Shown here: one piece after another, positions 26,000 through 39,296 of the stretch | Position numbering within the stretch: the first letter of the stretch is position 1 | How the letters are laid out: the number at the start of each line of letters is the position of its first letter | NCBI RefSeq assembly: GCF_006345805.1 | Contig: NC_043000.1 | Span: forward strand, 144,708,001 to 144,772,000 | Source: Octopus sinensis | Lineage: Eukaryota | Reading direction: 5' to 3' | Length of the DNA stretch: 64,000 nt | The notes under the pieces: model-generated | Databases searched by the model: none | The model's input: the letters and a program-made list of their open reading frames with translations, nothing else | What the model was told of the DNA's origin: nothing | Position numbers and translations under genes: made by a program

Positions 26000-27110
26000 A
26001 TGATTTATTTAATGGTAGTGTAGAGAAAATTATTCTTTCAAAAGAAAAAATAATATAAGCATTGCTTTTGTGAAGGTCGAGAGTCGATTTTACAATTCTG
26101 AATGAATTACTGCTGACAGGGGTTTCCGAAGTGTTCTGGAGACAGAATATAATGCATTCGTGTAAAATACCCAACGCAGTGATTCAGAGCGTATAATGAA
26201 GAAAGGCATATGGCATTCATATGGATAAAATCAAGAAAGAGGGACCAGCTGCACTCTTGTTCTTGTGGTAGATCATCCACCCAATTTCTAACAGTGGCTT
26301 CACACCTCTTCAGTGGAAAAGGGCATGATTTTCCACTTCTGGAAAGATAGATGTTCTCACCACAGCTACAACAACTTTACGGTCATACTTTCCTTTCAAA
26401 AGATAGAAAGATATTTGTCAGAGTCGTTCCGAATAGAGTGCGAAATTGTGTAATTTTCTGCTTGGCTTATAGCGACCGGAGCGTCTAGAAACCACGCCAA
26501 ATAGTTCAACGACTGACAGCATTTCTCTCCAAATACTGACCGAATGCAAATGGAGCTTCCGGCCGGAGATGCTCGGAGCTTATGTCGACCACTGCAAAGC
26601 ACTTCTCACTTGACAGAAGTGTTGTTCTATGACTGAAACCGATACTTCCCGACTGACTGGGCTGATTGTAGCCTTGCAAACCGGAACAGTTAGCGCAGCT
26701 CGGATTTGGAGCTGAACATCTGATTGTTTCCAGTTATATTTGGGGTCAGTCAGAATTGCGTTTTGGTTCCATTCTTTTCAACATCTGCACGATCTTGGCA
26801 CTTGCCAGAATGGCGGATTGACCTAGATGTGCAGCACGCATTGATAAAATTAGATTTACTCACCTGAATTTTGTTGATGACGCACTCATTCTTGCTCCGT
26901 GTCCGGATGCCGATATCTGAGCATGCGGGTGAATCTCGTGTTTTCGGATCTCTCGTATATACTTCCATTCTTGCTCTATATTTGCGAGACTTAGATACTG
27001 TGCGAAGCCCGTAGGAGAAACAAACCCACTAATTTTCTCCACATGCGTTAAAATTGAAGAGGACTCCATATTCGGATCAATCTAGATTACATGCGAATCG
27101 TTCCATCCAT
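26000..27110 (+). mobile_element. Decayed RTE-clade LINE reverse transcriptase fragment
   Basis: Plus strand: KAYGI..IKKEGPA; RPERLETTPNSSTTDSI (RPEQSGFTPxRSTxD); AYVDHCKA; LIVALQTGTVSAAR; FTHLNFVDDALILA (catalytic F/YADD). Confidence 0.8.
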
Positions 27111-27529
27111 CAGAGACAGAAATAATATCCCTGGCCAAAATTGTGGTAAGGAATTCCTAATTTCAAAGTAAAACGTTGTACTAAATGCAGTAAGCCACAA
27201 ATTCAATTACGTGTCATACGCGTTTCTATCGTCCACAGATATAATGCAGTTTTACTTTCCCTTCAAACAGAAAGTGAAGCATTTATTATTAAGTAGCTAT
27301 TATATGACAGAAACCTGAAAAGAAGCAGAATAAATATGTGAGCACGAAAAATGAAGTGGGTGTGTGAGAGGTGAATATAGAAAACAGGGGACATAAAATA
27401 TGAAAGAAGGAGAGTAAACCTAAACTCCAGGAAGAGATTAACTATATGTTATTCAGCTATTCACTTAGGTGCGAACAACGTGCGGTACTTCAGGTGAAAG
27501 GTAAGAGATATAAATTATATAAAGTCAGT

Positions 27530-27700
27530 GCCCTGCGCACGTAAGCGAAAGCAGGGTAATGTAATCACTCGTTTTTCTGTCTGTGTGTACGCCAAATTAC
27601 TGGAAAACAGCTGAACAGATTTTCACCATATTTGACAGACTTTCTCATTTGATAAGTGACTGAATATGATGAAAATTTGGTTTTATTATCTTCAAACATA
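27530..27700 (+). mobile_element. Helentron-associated (DINE-1/HINE-like) non-autonomous element fragment
   Basis: Short hairpin ccctgc...gcaggg, then taatgtaatc, tctgtctgt repeats and gattttcaccatatttg; this layout is typical of the class. Confidence 0.4.
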
Positions 27701-27711
27701 ATAAATGCATA

Positions 27712-27772
<61 letters not shown>

Positions 27773-27775
27773 CAC

Positions 27776-28051
27776 TTGCAGCGTAGAAGGTGTTTATAAG
27801 CTATTTAAGAAACACACAAAACCGTTAGATTCATTTCAACGTTTAAATTTAATTGGTCAAAATATTTTCGTCGCTTTGAGACCGCGACCTGTTCACTGAA
27901 AATATGTTGACAAATTAAATTTAAATGTTGAAGTGACTCTAACGGTTTTGTGTGTTTCTTAAATGGCTTATAAACACCTTCCACTCTGCAATCGTTTTCG
28001 TTCCAGCACACGAGCTCAGATAAAGTCACTCGATATACAAGTATATCTCCG

Positions 28052-28055
<4 letters not shown>
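27776..28055. repeat. Long fold-back cassette (~93 bp arms) between (TA)n tracts
   Basis: 27776-27869 and 27898-27991 are near-perfect reverse complements around a 28 nt spacer. The right arm continues about 60 nt. Confidence 0.95.
27856..27899 (-). ncRNA. Variant hammerhead ribozyme (G3:C8 covariant core)
   Basis: Minus strand: tca-GTGAACA-g-gtcgc-ggtctcaaa-gcgac-GAAA-atat-TT-tga. Stem II 5 bp, palindromic helix III AAATATTT, stem I tca/tga. Confidence 0.6.
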
Positions 28056-28090
<35 letters not shown>

Positions 28091-28113
<23 letters not shown>

Positions 28114-28343
28114 GAATGGATGAATTATCCTTTGTTTACCGTTATCATGGAAAATTCAATAAACAGTTACCAGGGTAGCAAAATTCACGCAAGTAACACG
28201 GATGAAGCGACCTATTCAAAGGTAGAAACTCCGGGTTAATATGCAGTAATTTGTGTAGTATAAGTAAATAAATGGAGTTGAACGCAGGTGTTATTCAAAT
28301 TCTTTTACATCTGCGTTCAACTCCATTTATCTATTTACTTATA
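28091..28343. repeat. Fold-back cassette between (TA)n tracts
   Basis: tataagtaaataaatggagttgaacgcaggtgt (28259-28291) pairs with acatctgcgttcaactccatttat(ctat)ttacttata (28307-28343). The long arm extends to the left. Confidence 0.9.
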
Positions 28344-28350
28344 TATATAC

Positions 28351-28417
<67 letters not shown>

Positions 28418-29279
28418 CATATATATATATACATATATATATATACATATAAATATATATATACATATATATATATATACAAATATATATATACATATAT
28501 ATATATATATATGACTGTGTGTGTGTGTATGCATGTGTGTACGTACAGTGATGGAGTGGAGGCCTTCGTTCATTTACGACTTAACTTAATTTCACCGGTG
28601 TGTAAATACCTCTACTGTGGTTGTTTAACAAAAATATAAGAAAATTTAAATCGACCTTACAAACTTCCCGATAAGCAAATGCTCACATTATTTATATCCT
28701 GCAATGAACTACAGTTTGTTCCATTCACCTGCCATCATTGAAAGACGTTCAATGTATTCCCTGCAATATTTTCTATAAGTATTTCATTTGGTTCACTTAC
28801 CCTTTCATATGAATCGAGCCTCGTCTGCTTTTGTGTAGATCGTCAGTACCTACGCGTGTAGGCACGTGTGGGTACTTGCATACATACATAAATACATACA
28901 TAGACATGAGACTATGTTCGCGTGTGCACTCGGTCTGCTTAAGAGGTTGTTGTGTCCAGCATATGTGCAGCTTCTTTTAGTTTTCGTATTTTCCAGTGGT
29001 GTTTTATGTGTATTAATTCCCACAGGAATAGTTTATTGTTTTCTTATACTATCCCTGAAGATAATATCCCTTTAGTCATATCACTTTAGTTATCGTACTC
29101 ACTCACATACTTATTTATTTGTTTATTTACTTGTCTAAATTTAATTTAATTTAATCTGGTTTGAATGATATTTTGCTCTCGTACTTACACATAGTGGCCA
29201 GGGTTTTTTATCCATTAAATTTTTAATTTATTAATTTACTTATTAATGTATCTGCTTTTTGTGTTATCTGTTAACCATC

Positions 29280-30262
29280 AACGAACCGGAATCGTGTCAT
29301 AGTTTTCAAAAATATAGCTGACCAATTAGGTTGCACGACTGACCATAACCACTGCACATAAGGTTTCAGGGACTTGTTTATCGAAAACATAACGAACACG
29401 AACACCGTACTTTGGTCACCACCTGGTGCCATACTCTCTTTAGTACCAACTGACATCCTACATATAAACTTCTATTTCTGAAACACGGATCATACTTTCA
29501 AACCATACTTTCACACTCACCACTGTAAACACAAACATAACGTGTATTTGTGTGTAAACAAAATACGAATCACTGCCTAAAGTTACCCTTCCTAAAAATC
29601 TCACTCTTAGAACGAATATATCTACCTAGCCACCACGAAACAAAATAACATGAATCTTTGAAGGTAACACTCGAAGTCTATGACGTATTTATCTTTCGTA
29701 TACGTAATCCATTTTCCTAAATTTAATTCCTCTTCCTTCTATTCTTCTTATGCCCTCTTCAATAAGAAAAATATACTGTACCTATTAGTAACTGACCCTT
29801 TTATGTATCGGCTCTCCTAACCATTTAGACCCCTGATGAAGCCTAGAGGCACACTCAAAATTCAAACTCTATCTACCCATCCCTACAGAACACTGAAGAC
29901 ATCGAGCTAGTTTGGAGGGTATCGTTGCCTCTTGGCAGAAACGGCTGTAAGGAACACAACGTTTTTAATATTTTACTCTTTTATGTATAACTACTATATA
30001 TTTGTGTAGCATACAGTCTTTGCATGTGTATGTATTCTTAATATATAATTCTTAATGTCATTTTTATATCTCCTCCATTTTTTTTAGCCGTACAAATTAA
30101 GGGTACACTACTTTTTATCCCCACCTATATATCACACTTCGATTGCGAAATTACCACGCAGTAACCAGCACTTGGGTATTAATAATTGGGCACACTACCA
30201 GCAGTATATTGGATAGGTACTCTCCCTTATTTGGCTGGCATTCCAACATCTAACTCACGGAA
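29280..30262 (+). mobile_element. Probable PLE 3' remnant carrying an HHR
   Basis: Weak GIY-YIG linker-like residues, pyrimidine-rich UTR, HHR at 29830, and a terminus running into (CA)n/(TA)n. Confidence 0.5.
29830..29952 (+). ncRNA. Type-I hammerhead ribozyme with greatly extended stem II
   Basis: CTGATGA (29833-29839), gcctagaggca pairing with tgcctcttggc, GAAA (29938-29941), cggctg, TA, agg. GUA triplet; stem I is weak, with one mismatch at the closing pair. Confidence 0.75.
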
Positions 30263-30289
30263 ATACATACATACACACACACACACACG

Positions 30290-30330
<41 letters not shown>

Positions 30331-31877
30331 GATATTATATTGTATTGATGATATATAAACGAAATTTATTTCTTATTCATATTTCTTGCGAGTATTGTAT
30401 ATGAGAAGCACAAATGAATGCATTTGCTCGTCAGTTTCTTAATCTAATCTTCATATTAAATATCATCGTCATTCTCTGAGGGAAAATTTTGCAATACACT
30501 ACCCTTTTCGTAGAAAAACAAACAAAAATTGTTTATTGTTTTAGGCTGGTCTAGTAAAATAGCAAAAACGGTTAGCTGAAAACTCTAGAGTTTCTGCAGT
30601 AAGAGCATAGCAACTCCTTAAGTAAACAAAATTGAATAACATTCGTGCAAGTTAGAGTCCTAAAAAATTGTAAAAATTATATTTCGTTTCTCCATTTTTT
30701 TCGTCTTGAGAGGTACTTTTCGTAAAGTTCTTCTTTCATTCACACTCCCTTCATTTCATAGGCAATATAGAATTATGTTGCAAATGTTTAAGTTGGTTAT
30801 TATGCGACAAAAACCAGCTGCAAGTTGTAGAAATATTCACGAAAATGATTAATAAATGTGTGGTCCATAAAATGCTACGTTAATTAAAAATAAAGAATAT
30901 TGTATTCTAATTAGAGTAATGATAGTGAGAGATCAAGACATTATCTGTTATATGTTTTACATTTTTTTTCTGTGCAAAATATTTCGGTGTTATTTGTCTA
31001 AATCTATTAATTTAGAAAATTGTTAATTGTTCATTCATGTTTCACAAATGGACTCAATAGGGTACCATACAATAATGAGAACGAATGTAATAATGAATAT
31101 AATAAAAAGCTACAGTTCGCTAAATTTTCTGTTTTCCTCGTTTCAGTATATTAGAATGAGTGTAGTATAGATTAAGTGATAGCATGATACTAAAAGATAT
31201 TACATTTTCATCAAGTTAGTGCCATGAAATAGAATAAATAATGTGTCTGTGCGGGCATGCATGGATGTGTACGTGTGTTTACGATATACTACGTTATACT
31301 ATATTATATTATTTCATATTATATTATATCATATTATATTATGGTGTATCTCATGGTCATAATCTATTTTGAACTTTGCCAGGTTCTTAATAGTGCAACC
31401 CATAGAGTAAATGACACTTGTCTGACTATAGAGAAATGTCGACTTGAACAGGAGTGGTAGAAATGCGTATTCTTTTAATGATTAAAATTACAGCTAAAAG
31501 ATCAATTTCGGTACGTTTATATATTTATATTGCAAGATTCTAATTTCCTCTTCAGAATTGAAAGCATGTACTTAAGCTCTGTTTTTGCCATTCGTGAACA
31601 ACCATACAACAACCTTTCTTTAGTTTACTAATGAAAATGGTTATATGGAATATCCACCTGTTTATAAAATTCGGGGTGTTTTCCGTCGTAAAGGTAGAAA
31701 CGTGTCGGAGTGTGAAGAGGCGTTTTGTTGAGTGTTTTATGAGTCCGTTCATGGATCTGATAAATAGTTATTACCGGCTCAATATTTGTCAAATCTTTAC
31801 TGCATTATTGCGAATGACTTGGCAATAATGTTGGTGTAGGTGCTTTCCAATGGCTGGATATACGCCTGTAAATATCT

Positions 31878-32109
31878 GTTTCTTTATTGCCCACAAGGGG
31901 CTAAACATAGAAGGGAGAAACAAGGACAGACAAACGGATTAAGTCGATTACATCGACCCCAGTGCGTAACTGGTACTTAATATATCGACCCCGAAAGGAT
32001 GAAAGGCAAAGTCGACCTCGGCAGAATTTGAACTCAGAACGCAACGACAGACGCAATACCGCTAAGCATTCCGCTCGGTGTGCTAACGTTTCTGCCAGCT
32101 CGCCGCCTT
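31878..32109 (-). mobile_element. SINE family B
   Basis: Reverse complement of 38192-38424. Confidence 0.92.
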
Positions 32110-33701
32110 TAAATATCTATTTAATTGTTGATGCTTTCCGCGCAGTTATATATTGATGTGTGTGTTTTTATCGAAGGACTTTTGATATATATGGCTAAGG
32201 AACTTCGATTTTTGTCAGCTGCTTCAGTGGAATTTCTTTCTTTCATATCGGCATAAATATTGCATGCAGCTTATATCCCTTTAAAGCTGACACATTTTCT
32301 TTTAAAAATTAATATCCAAGTATATGTATATTTTGTTTGCGTTCCTTTATAGGCATATTATTATAGTTCAGTGTTTGTAATGCGATAATATTTGTGCTCA
32401 AAGGTTGATTATACTTAATTACGAAATTTTAAAATACGGCTAATGAGTAAGTTCATATTAAGGTGTATATTACAGTTAATAGCTTATATAACATTCCTCA
32501 AATGTTTAAATTAGACAACTCAAGTACTCCTTAGATTTATAATTAGGCTGTTAGAGTGTTTACTCATTATTTCTATATTCTACATCTATATGTTTGTCTG
32601 CGTGATAAATGAATGCAGCTTGTATTTATTAGAGGTGTTTCTTCAGGAAATGATCAATATCTATTACGATTCTTATCTTACGTTCATTCTTCATTGTGAT
32701 TAATTTTTGCAATTATCTCGAAACGAATTTTAGCTCCAATACATATACGTTTATATAGGTACTAGCGTATATGTGTGTGTGTTCAGATATCTAAATATTT
32801 GTAAACGAATCATGAATCCTTTTTCAAAGACGATTTTCTGTGTTGGAACATGAATAGTGATCTTAGAATAGATATATGACTACCAACAATTTGGGGGTAA
32901 TTATATTCACTAAATGTGAAATGAAACAATGGTATACACACATGTTTAATCAACCTACGTATGTTAAAAACAAACACACATGTAGTTTCCTATGAAGAAA
33001 ATCTTGTATAAAGTATTTGTAAGTTTGTTAAGAAGCATTGAATACGATTAAATCCTAGGCCTTATTTACCTTGTTTAATATCAATGAAGTGCGTAATTTC
33101 ATGATGCATTGATATAAATTCCATTTTTTCTCTTCATCAACCATGTAGAACAATTCACATTGTTTCTTTATATAAAATTCCATATTTACTACGCCAAACT
33201 TTTATACTTTCAAGCATATTTCTCCTACATTTCATGTGATTATGAAGTTAGATATACATTTACAACAATGACTAAAATATGAAGAAAAGACATTCTTTCT
33301 TTATAATAGGTACATTAACAACATCTTCCAAAACATTATCTTTCTTATCGGTGATATATTATTGATTATTTTCATTCAGTGGTATACATTTAGTGATTTT
33401 CGTTTTCTTAGATTTTTGATTTATTACCATATAAGAAATATCAGTTCAATTCATCTCTCTATAAATCTGTTTCCGTTTCAGTTTATCTTTTAATCTATGA
33501 GTCTAAATGTGAAGATAAATATAGGTTGGAGACGTTTTGAGAATTACACACACAAACACATACCTACATGCATATACATATGTGTGTGTACCTGCGTATG
33601 GATGCGTTTGTAGATGTGTGTACGTGTGTATCGTTGCTTATTAAAATGCTGTTACGCAGATTTTGCCTTGCCAATGAAAAGTACTTAATCAATAAATATT
33701 T

Positions 33702-33738
<37 letters not shown>

Positions 33739-34989
33739 ACATAATATAATATATTCTGGTATAGTATTATGTGTGTGTATATATACTACTGTGATAAAAT
33801 TACCGCCTTCATGATAGCTGGGGACAACCCCAAGAAACTTTTCTAAGATGATAAATTAAAAAATAGCAGCATTCACTTAAAGAGTTATTATTTACACATA
33901 TGATGAGTGAGATTGAAGTCACTTCCAATTAAATCGAACAAAATATGTTACATTGATGGCGATTTAAAAAGTATCTAGAGGCACTAAATTCGAACAGTAT
34001 TAATGCCAAGCGCAAAAATAATCAACTAAACAGAAATAGAATTATGCGTGAAAGATACATATACAAAATATCGTTAAACTTACTAAAGGGTTTTCTTCAC
34101 CGAAGCCAATTCTTTAGTCCTTATTGTAGTCATTTCAGTTATACATTTGTGGTGTAGGAAATATTTCTTTAAATATTTACCAATCTTCTCTAATTAAAAA
34201 TATGATAAATCCACTGCAATATTCCAATATATTTAGAACATTTTTGACCGCTAAAGCGCTCCCTCAATTAATACAGTATATTGGTTTTCTCCCTACGGAT
34301 GCACTAATGTATTAAGATCCTTAAATCAGTGTGCTTACATATACGTATAGGATCTACTTCCATAGAGTAACACAGGTTCACACTATACAAAAGAGATGCT
34401 ATTATGTTCTGATTGTTTGAATACATCGCATGGGAATTCCCTAATTCATGTGGAGAAAAGATCATTTATACGTAACTGTATGTTTTAAGATAAACACGTG
34501 ATGAAATTCTTTTATTACAAACGATTTTTTTAAATGACACTTTAAAAAATGTATTTGAAAACAAATATATATTGAGACTAAGTTAACTGATTTTCCTTGC
34601 ACGTTCATAATATTCTAAACGCAAAATTGTTTTACAATTATGGAAAATCTCTATGTGAAAGAGAGTTGTGAATTTTCATTGAGTAGATTTGGTATTCAGT
34701 TCCTATCGGAGTAATGGCAACGTACATATCAATATATTCTCCTGTGGCAAAATATGTAAAGTTACCATATCTACCACGAGCGTCTCTCCGGCGGATATTC
34801 AGACAGGAGTTTGTGGCCATTTAGCCTTCTTGTATTGGAAATAGTGAAGACAAATAAGGCTGGGCATATTCAATGCCGTGACTGCGTTGTGCTGGATTAC
34901 CGTTTGGTCGAAATAAAGATATGGCATCAATGGAGATTTTTTTCTTTACTGAAACTGCAGTGAATTTGCGTTTAGAAGTTAACATTTTT

Positions 34990-35960
34990 GTCATCCCATA
35001 AACAGTGCGGTTTTTTCAAACGCATGAAAGACGGAGGAAGACGAGATATTCGACCGCCATGGTATCACAATAAAACCAGGTAGGAATTATACTTTGTCCT
35101 TAAGGTTAGTGAAAGTTTTGAGGATTGCAGTTTGATTTTGACAGTTATTTTTTCAAAGCTATAAGAGAAGTGACAAAGGAGCATATTCAGCATATCTTGC
35201 TTTATGAATCCAATAAAAGAAAGTATATTAATGCAGTATATGGCGATCTGACAATAAGTGTGAGCCAGTGTAGCGGTGATTTCAGAAATAACAGCCACAA
35301 ATTACAGCCTAGATGACGAGTCTCGTCCTGGAAGATCTGTAGAGCTGAACGAGAACGTCCTGAAAACCCTGGTAGAACAAAATCCCATCGTAACTGTTAA
35401 GGAACTAGCAGAGAAGCTTGGATTTGGTCATTCAATCATTCATGAACACTTGTGTGCCATCGGAAAAGACAACAAATTGGGCCAATAGGTACCTCACAAA
35501 CTTTCAGAGGCTAATCACGTGGAGTTAGTGAATGTGAGCTCTTCTTTGCTGCCACGTCTCACGAGCGAACATTTTGGGGTCGAATAGTGATTGGTGACAA
35601 GAAATGAGTTCTCTATAAAGTGTGAAGCACCCAAGAGAGTGAGTAGGGAAAGGCAAAACACCAGCATACCAGGCTAAAGAAGGCCTTCACCTACCGAAGG
35701 AATTGATATCTGTTTGGTGGGATATGAAAGGCTTAGTCCACTTTGAACATTACAATCCAAACAAAACGATAACAAAGGAAATCTACTGCGAGAAGCTTGG
35801 GCGGCTTAAGTCAGCACTGTCGCTTCAAGATGAAAGGTGTTCTTCCATCAGGATAACGCCCGGCCACATGCAGCGAGGATGGCATTCGAAAAGCTGCAGC
35901 AGTTTGAGAATTATACCCCACCCACCATGTTCACCTGGCATTGTCCCATGCTAGCCACAG
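34990..35960 (+). mobile_element. Decayed mariner transposon
   Basis: KEHIQHILLYE; LDDESRPGRS (GRP-like); GQ*VPHKL (WVPHEL); RIVIGDKK*VLY; SVWWDMKG; FHQDNARPH; PHPPCSPGIVP (YSPDLAP). Confidence 0.92.
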
Positions 35961-36669
35961 CATTTGTTCCATTCCCTTCGTGCTCTCGTCATTCTCATCC
36001 ATGTGGCTCCTTATATCATTCAAAACAGTGATTAGGATTTCCAGCTATTTCAAGTTTTGCAAGCCCTTAATGGAGCCTGTTTCCTCATGTAGGTAGAAAA
36101 GTCGAATGAATGAAGATGTCCAGGATGTTCAAGATTGCGTGTGAATGCGTATATGTATATATATATATATATAAATGTCTGTGTGTGTATATGTGTTTAT
36201 GCGCATGCGAGCGCCCACGTGTGTGCATGTGTGTACGTGTATGTATGTTTGTGGATGTGTGTATATGTACCTATGTACTTGTGTGTATGTGTATATGTAT
36301 GCGTATGTGTGTGCGCATGTGTGCATGTGAATGTTTTTGTACGTGTGGGGAGATGTGCTACGATTTGACTGCTTGTGTGTGTTTGTTCCTATGTGGTTGT
36401 TTATACATGCGAATACCGTACATGGAGGCAGTATTAAGGGTGTGGGAGGTGCACAGGGCCATGCAGATTCATAACTACCTAATCCAACCTGCAACTTCTG
36501 AGAGTCTACCAGCTGCCCTCTTGGAGGTTCCTGCTTCTCCGATGGCATCATAAGGCACTTATGTGTGTATGTCAGCCAATGATTTCGAGTGAAGATTAAT
36601 ATAGCAAATACACTCGCATACATGCAAGGACAGAGATAATTCCACTTCTCTCTCTCGTTTGCTCTGAAG

Positions 36670-36900
36670 CCTCGGTGACTTCCGATATAACACGGTCAAC
36701 ATCGAATAGACCATCAATGAGAGGGCGCCACCTCATTCCCCTGGCGCCTGTAATCGCCAGCTCTGCCTCCGCGATAGTATACACGTTCTCTACCGACCTG
36801 CAATATCCATCAACAGGAAATACAAACTGCCCCCTTGCTATTATCAGAGGTATGCCCTCTGGCGAACTTCAGACCACAGGCCGCCGACATGCTCTGTTAG
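36670..36900 (+). mobile_element. Possible C-terminal fragment of a PLE ORF
   Basis: NIE*TINERAPPHSPGACNRQLCLRDSIHVLYRPAISINRKYKLPPC resembles the IxWxI..AxPY..CxLCLxEK..LNxRxEL..C terminus of some invertebrate PLEs. Confidence 0.45.
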
Positions 36901-37567
36901 CATCATATGCTCCCATGCAATGGCACACTCGTTATATCGATGTGAACTAAATATGAATAAATGGTAGAGACATGTCGCAAAAATACACAGTACACATCAC
37001 CAACAACAGATTTCGTAATATATCATAATTATTTTCGACTAAGCGTATCTATAAATTTATTTGTTCAGCTAAAGCCCATTAATTATAAACTCAAGAACGA
37101 TACGCTTTGAACGCCAAATCATGTTGTAAATAAATGCAATGAAGAGTAGAACAAAACTGGGAGATAAGACCGCATATTTTAATTTAGAAATAGAGTGACG
37201 TGAATTGTAATATAATAAGAAGAAGAATATATGTACCAAGATTTCAAAACAGGGCTAGAACGGAATATTCCTTACATTGTACTATTGACTTTCTCTTTGT
37301 AAAACAGCAAAATTTTAATTACATCTGATAAGGTAAAAGGGCAGCATTGTTTTGAGATGTTGTTTTCGAATGTTATTTTCGAAAAGGTCATGATAGGAGA
37401 GGACAGAAACATAATTACATACCGGGTTAGCAGTACCAATAACGAGTAAACGTAATTATATTTGCGTATATATATGGGTATATATATATATATATATATA
37501 TATAGTATATACATATATATATATGTATATTAAATATAAATATATGATATATATATATATATATTAA

Positions 37568-37600
<33 letters not shown>

Positions 37601-37787
37601 TTAAATATATATATATATAAATATTGAATATATATATATATGTCTGTGTATATATTTATGTATCATAGAAATACACACAGGCACACACGTATACGCATAC
37701 ATGGCACACATACAGAGACATACATATATATAAATATATCTTGGGTATTTATGCATATAAGTACATATATTTGTACACATATATGAA

Positions 37788-37824
<37 letters not shown>

Positions 37825-38033
37825 ATAGATGGACAGAGAGAGTGAGAGATATAGATTGATACATAGACTGATAGATATGTAGATAGATAGATATTTAGAC
37901 AGATAGATAGATATATGCTTACAGAGTATTGGTGGGCATATAAATTATATGTCACGAAATCAACCTTTGCAGTGGCTCACTTTTCATTGTAAATTACAAA
38001 AACGCACTGATATTTTTATATATATACAGACAT

Positions 38034-38081
<48 letters not shown>

Positions 38082-38090
38082 GGGTGGCGG

Positions 38091-38127
<37 letters not shown>

Positions 38128-38191
38128 TGGTGTGCGATCGTACGCGTTTGTCTATGTATATATGTGTGTGCATATATATATATATATATTC

Positions 38192-38419
38192 AAGGCGGCG
38201 AGCTGGCAGAAACGTTAGCACGCCGGGCGAAATGCGTAGCCGTATTTCGTCTGCCGTTACGTTCTGAGTTCAAATTCCGCCGAGGTCGACTTTGCCTTTC
38301 ATCCTTTCGGGGTCGATAAATTAAGTACCAGTTACGCACTGGTGTCGATGTAATCGACTTAATCCGTTTGTCTGTCCTTGTTTATCCCCTCTGTGTTTAG
38401 CCCCTTGTGGGTAGTAAAG

Positions 38420-38424
<5 letters not shown>
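38192..38424 (+). mobile_element. SINE family B, well-preserved copy in (TA)n
   Basis: aaggcggcgagctggcagaaacgttagc (A-box-like) and gagttcaaattcc (B-box-like); multiple copies in the window. Confidence 0.92.
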
Positions 38425-38482
<58 letters not shown>

Positions 38483-38507
38483 GGTATATATACACATATA
38501 TATATGC

Positions 38508-38556
<49 letters not shown>

Positions 38557-38886
38557 TGTATGTACATATGTTTGTACGTAAAATTGTATATAACTCTGTA
38601 TTACATAAATTCCTTACTTTTTTTTCTGACAAACTTAGATGTGGATATATAATATGCGGAACTATTTTCCTCCGATTCCCGTTTTTTGAAATCTAAAGGT
38701 TATCGGGGATATTGCTGCTATTGTCCTTGGAGAACGCATTAGCTATACATCAGGCGATTGTTAAATATAAAAGGAAAGGGTGATTCTGAAGTACAACGAA
38801 ATTCACAAACATAATACTATACATATACACATGCATGCATACATACGTGTATGATAGTGTATTTATGTGCGTGTATGCGTGCTATC

Positions 38887-38936
<50 letters not shown>

Positions 38937-39262
38937 TCCTGTCTATCTTTATATGTCTATTTATATGTATATACGTGGCAATCTATCTTATATTTAATAA
39001 CACATATATATTCTTTATGAATTTGCACCTATTCATACGTAGTGGCTTGTAGTAGGTAAATTGTTCCCCTTGGCATTTGGAATTATCGCAAACTTGAATT
39101 AAGTTGTGTAACAACAACTGCATATCTTACAAATTGCAATATATATGTTGGGGCGCGTGTATGTCTATGTACTTATGCATGCCTGTATATATGTATTTAT
39201 GTATATACAGTGTATCTTTTATCTACTTGTTGCTGTCTCCACGTGCTGATGTGGCACTGCTC

Positions 39263-39295
<33 letters not shown>

Positions 39296-39296
<1 letters not shown>

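Noticed and set aside
28790-28860. Minus-strand donor G|GTAAGT as an exon end
   Set aside because: No polypyrimidine acceptor or convincing frame upstream.
36490-36560. Minus-strand CTTATGA-tgcc...ggca-gctggta as an HHR
   Set aside because: G5 is mutated and GAAA is absent.
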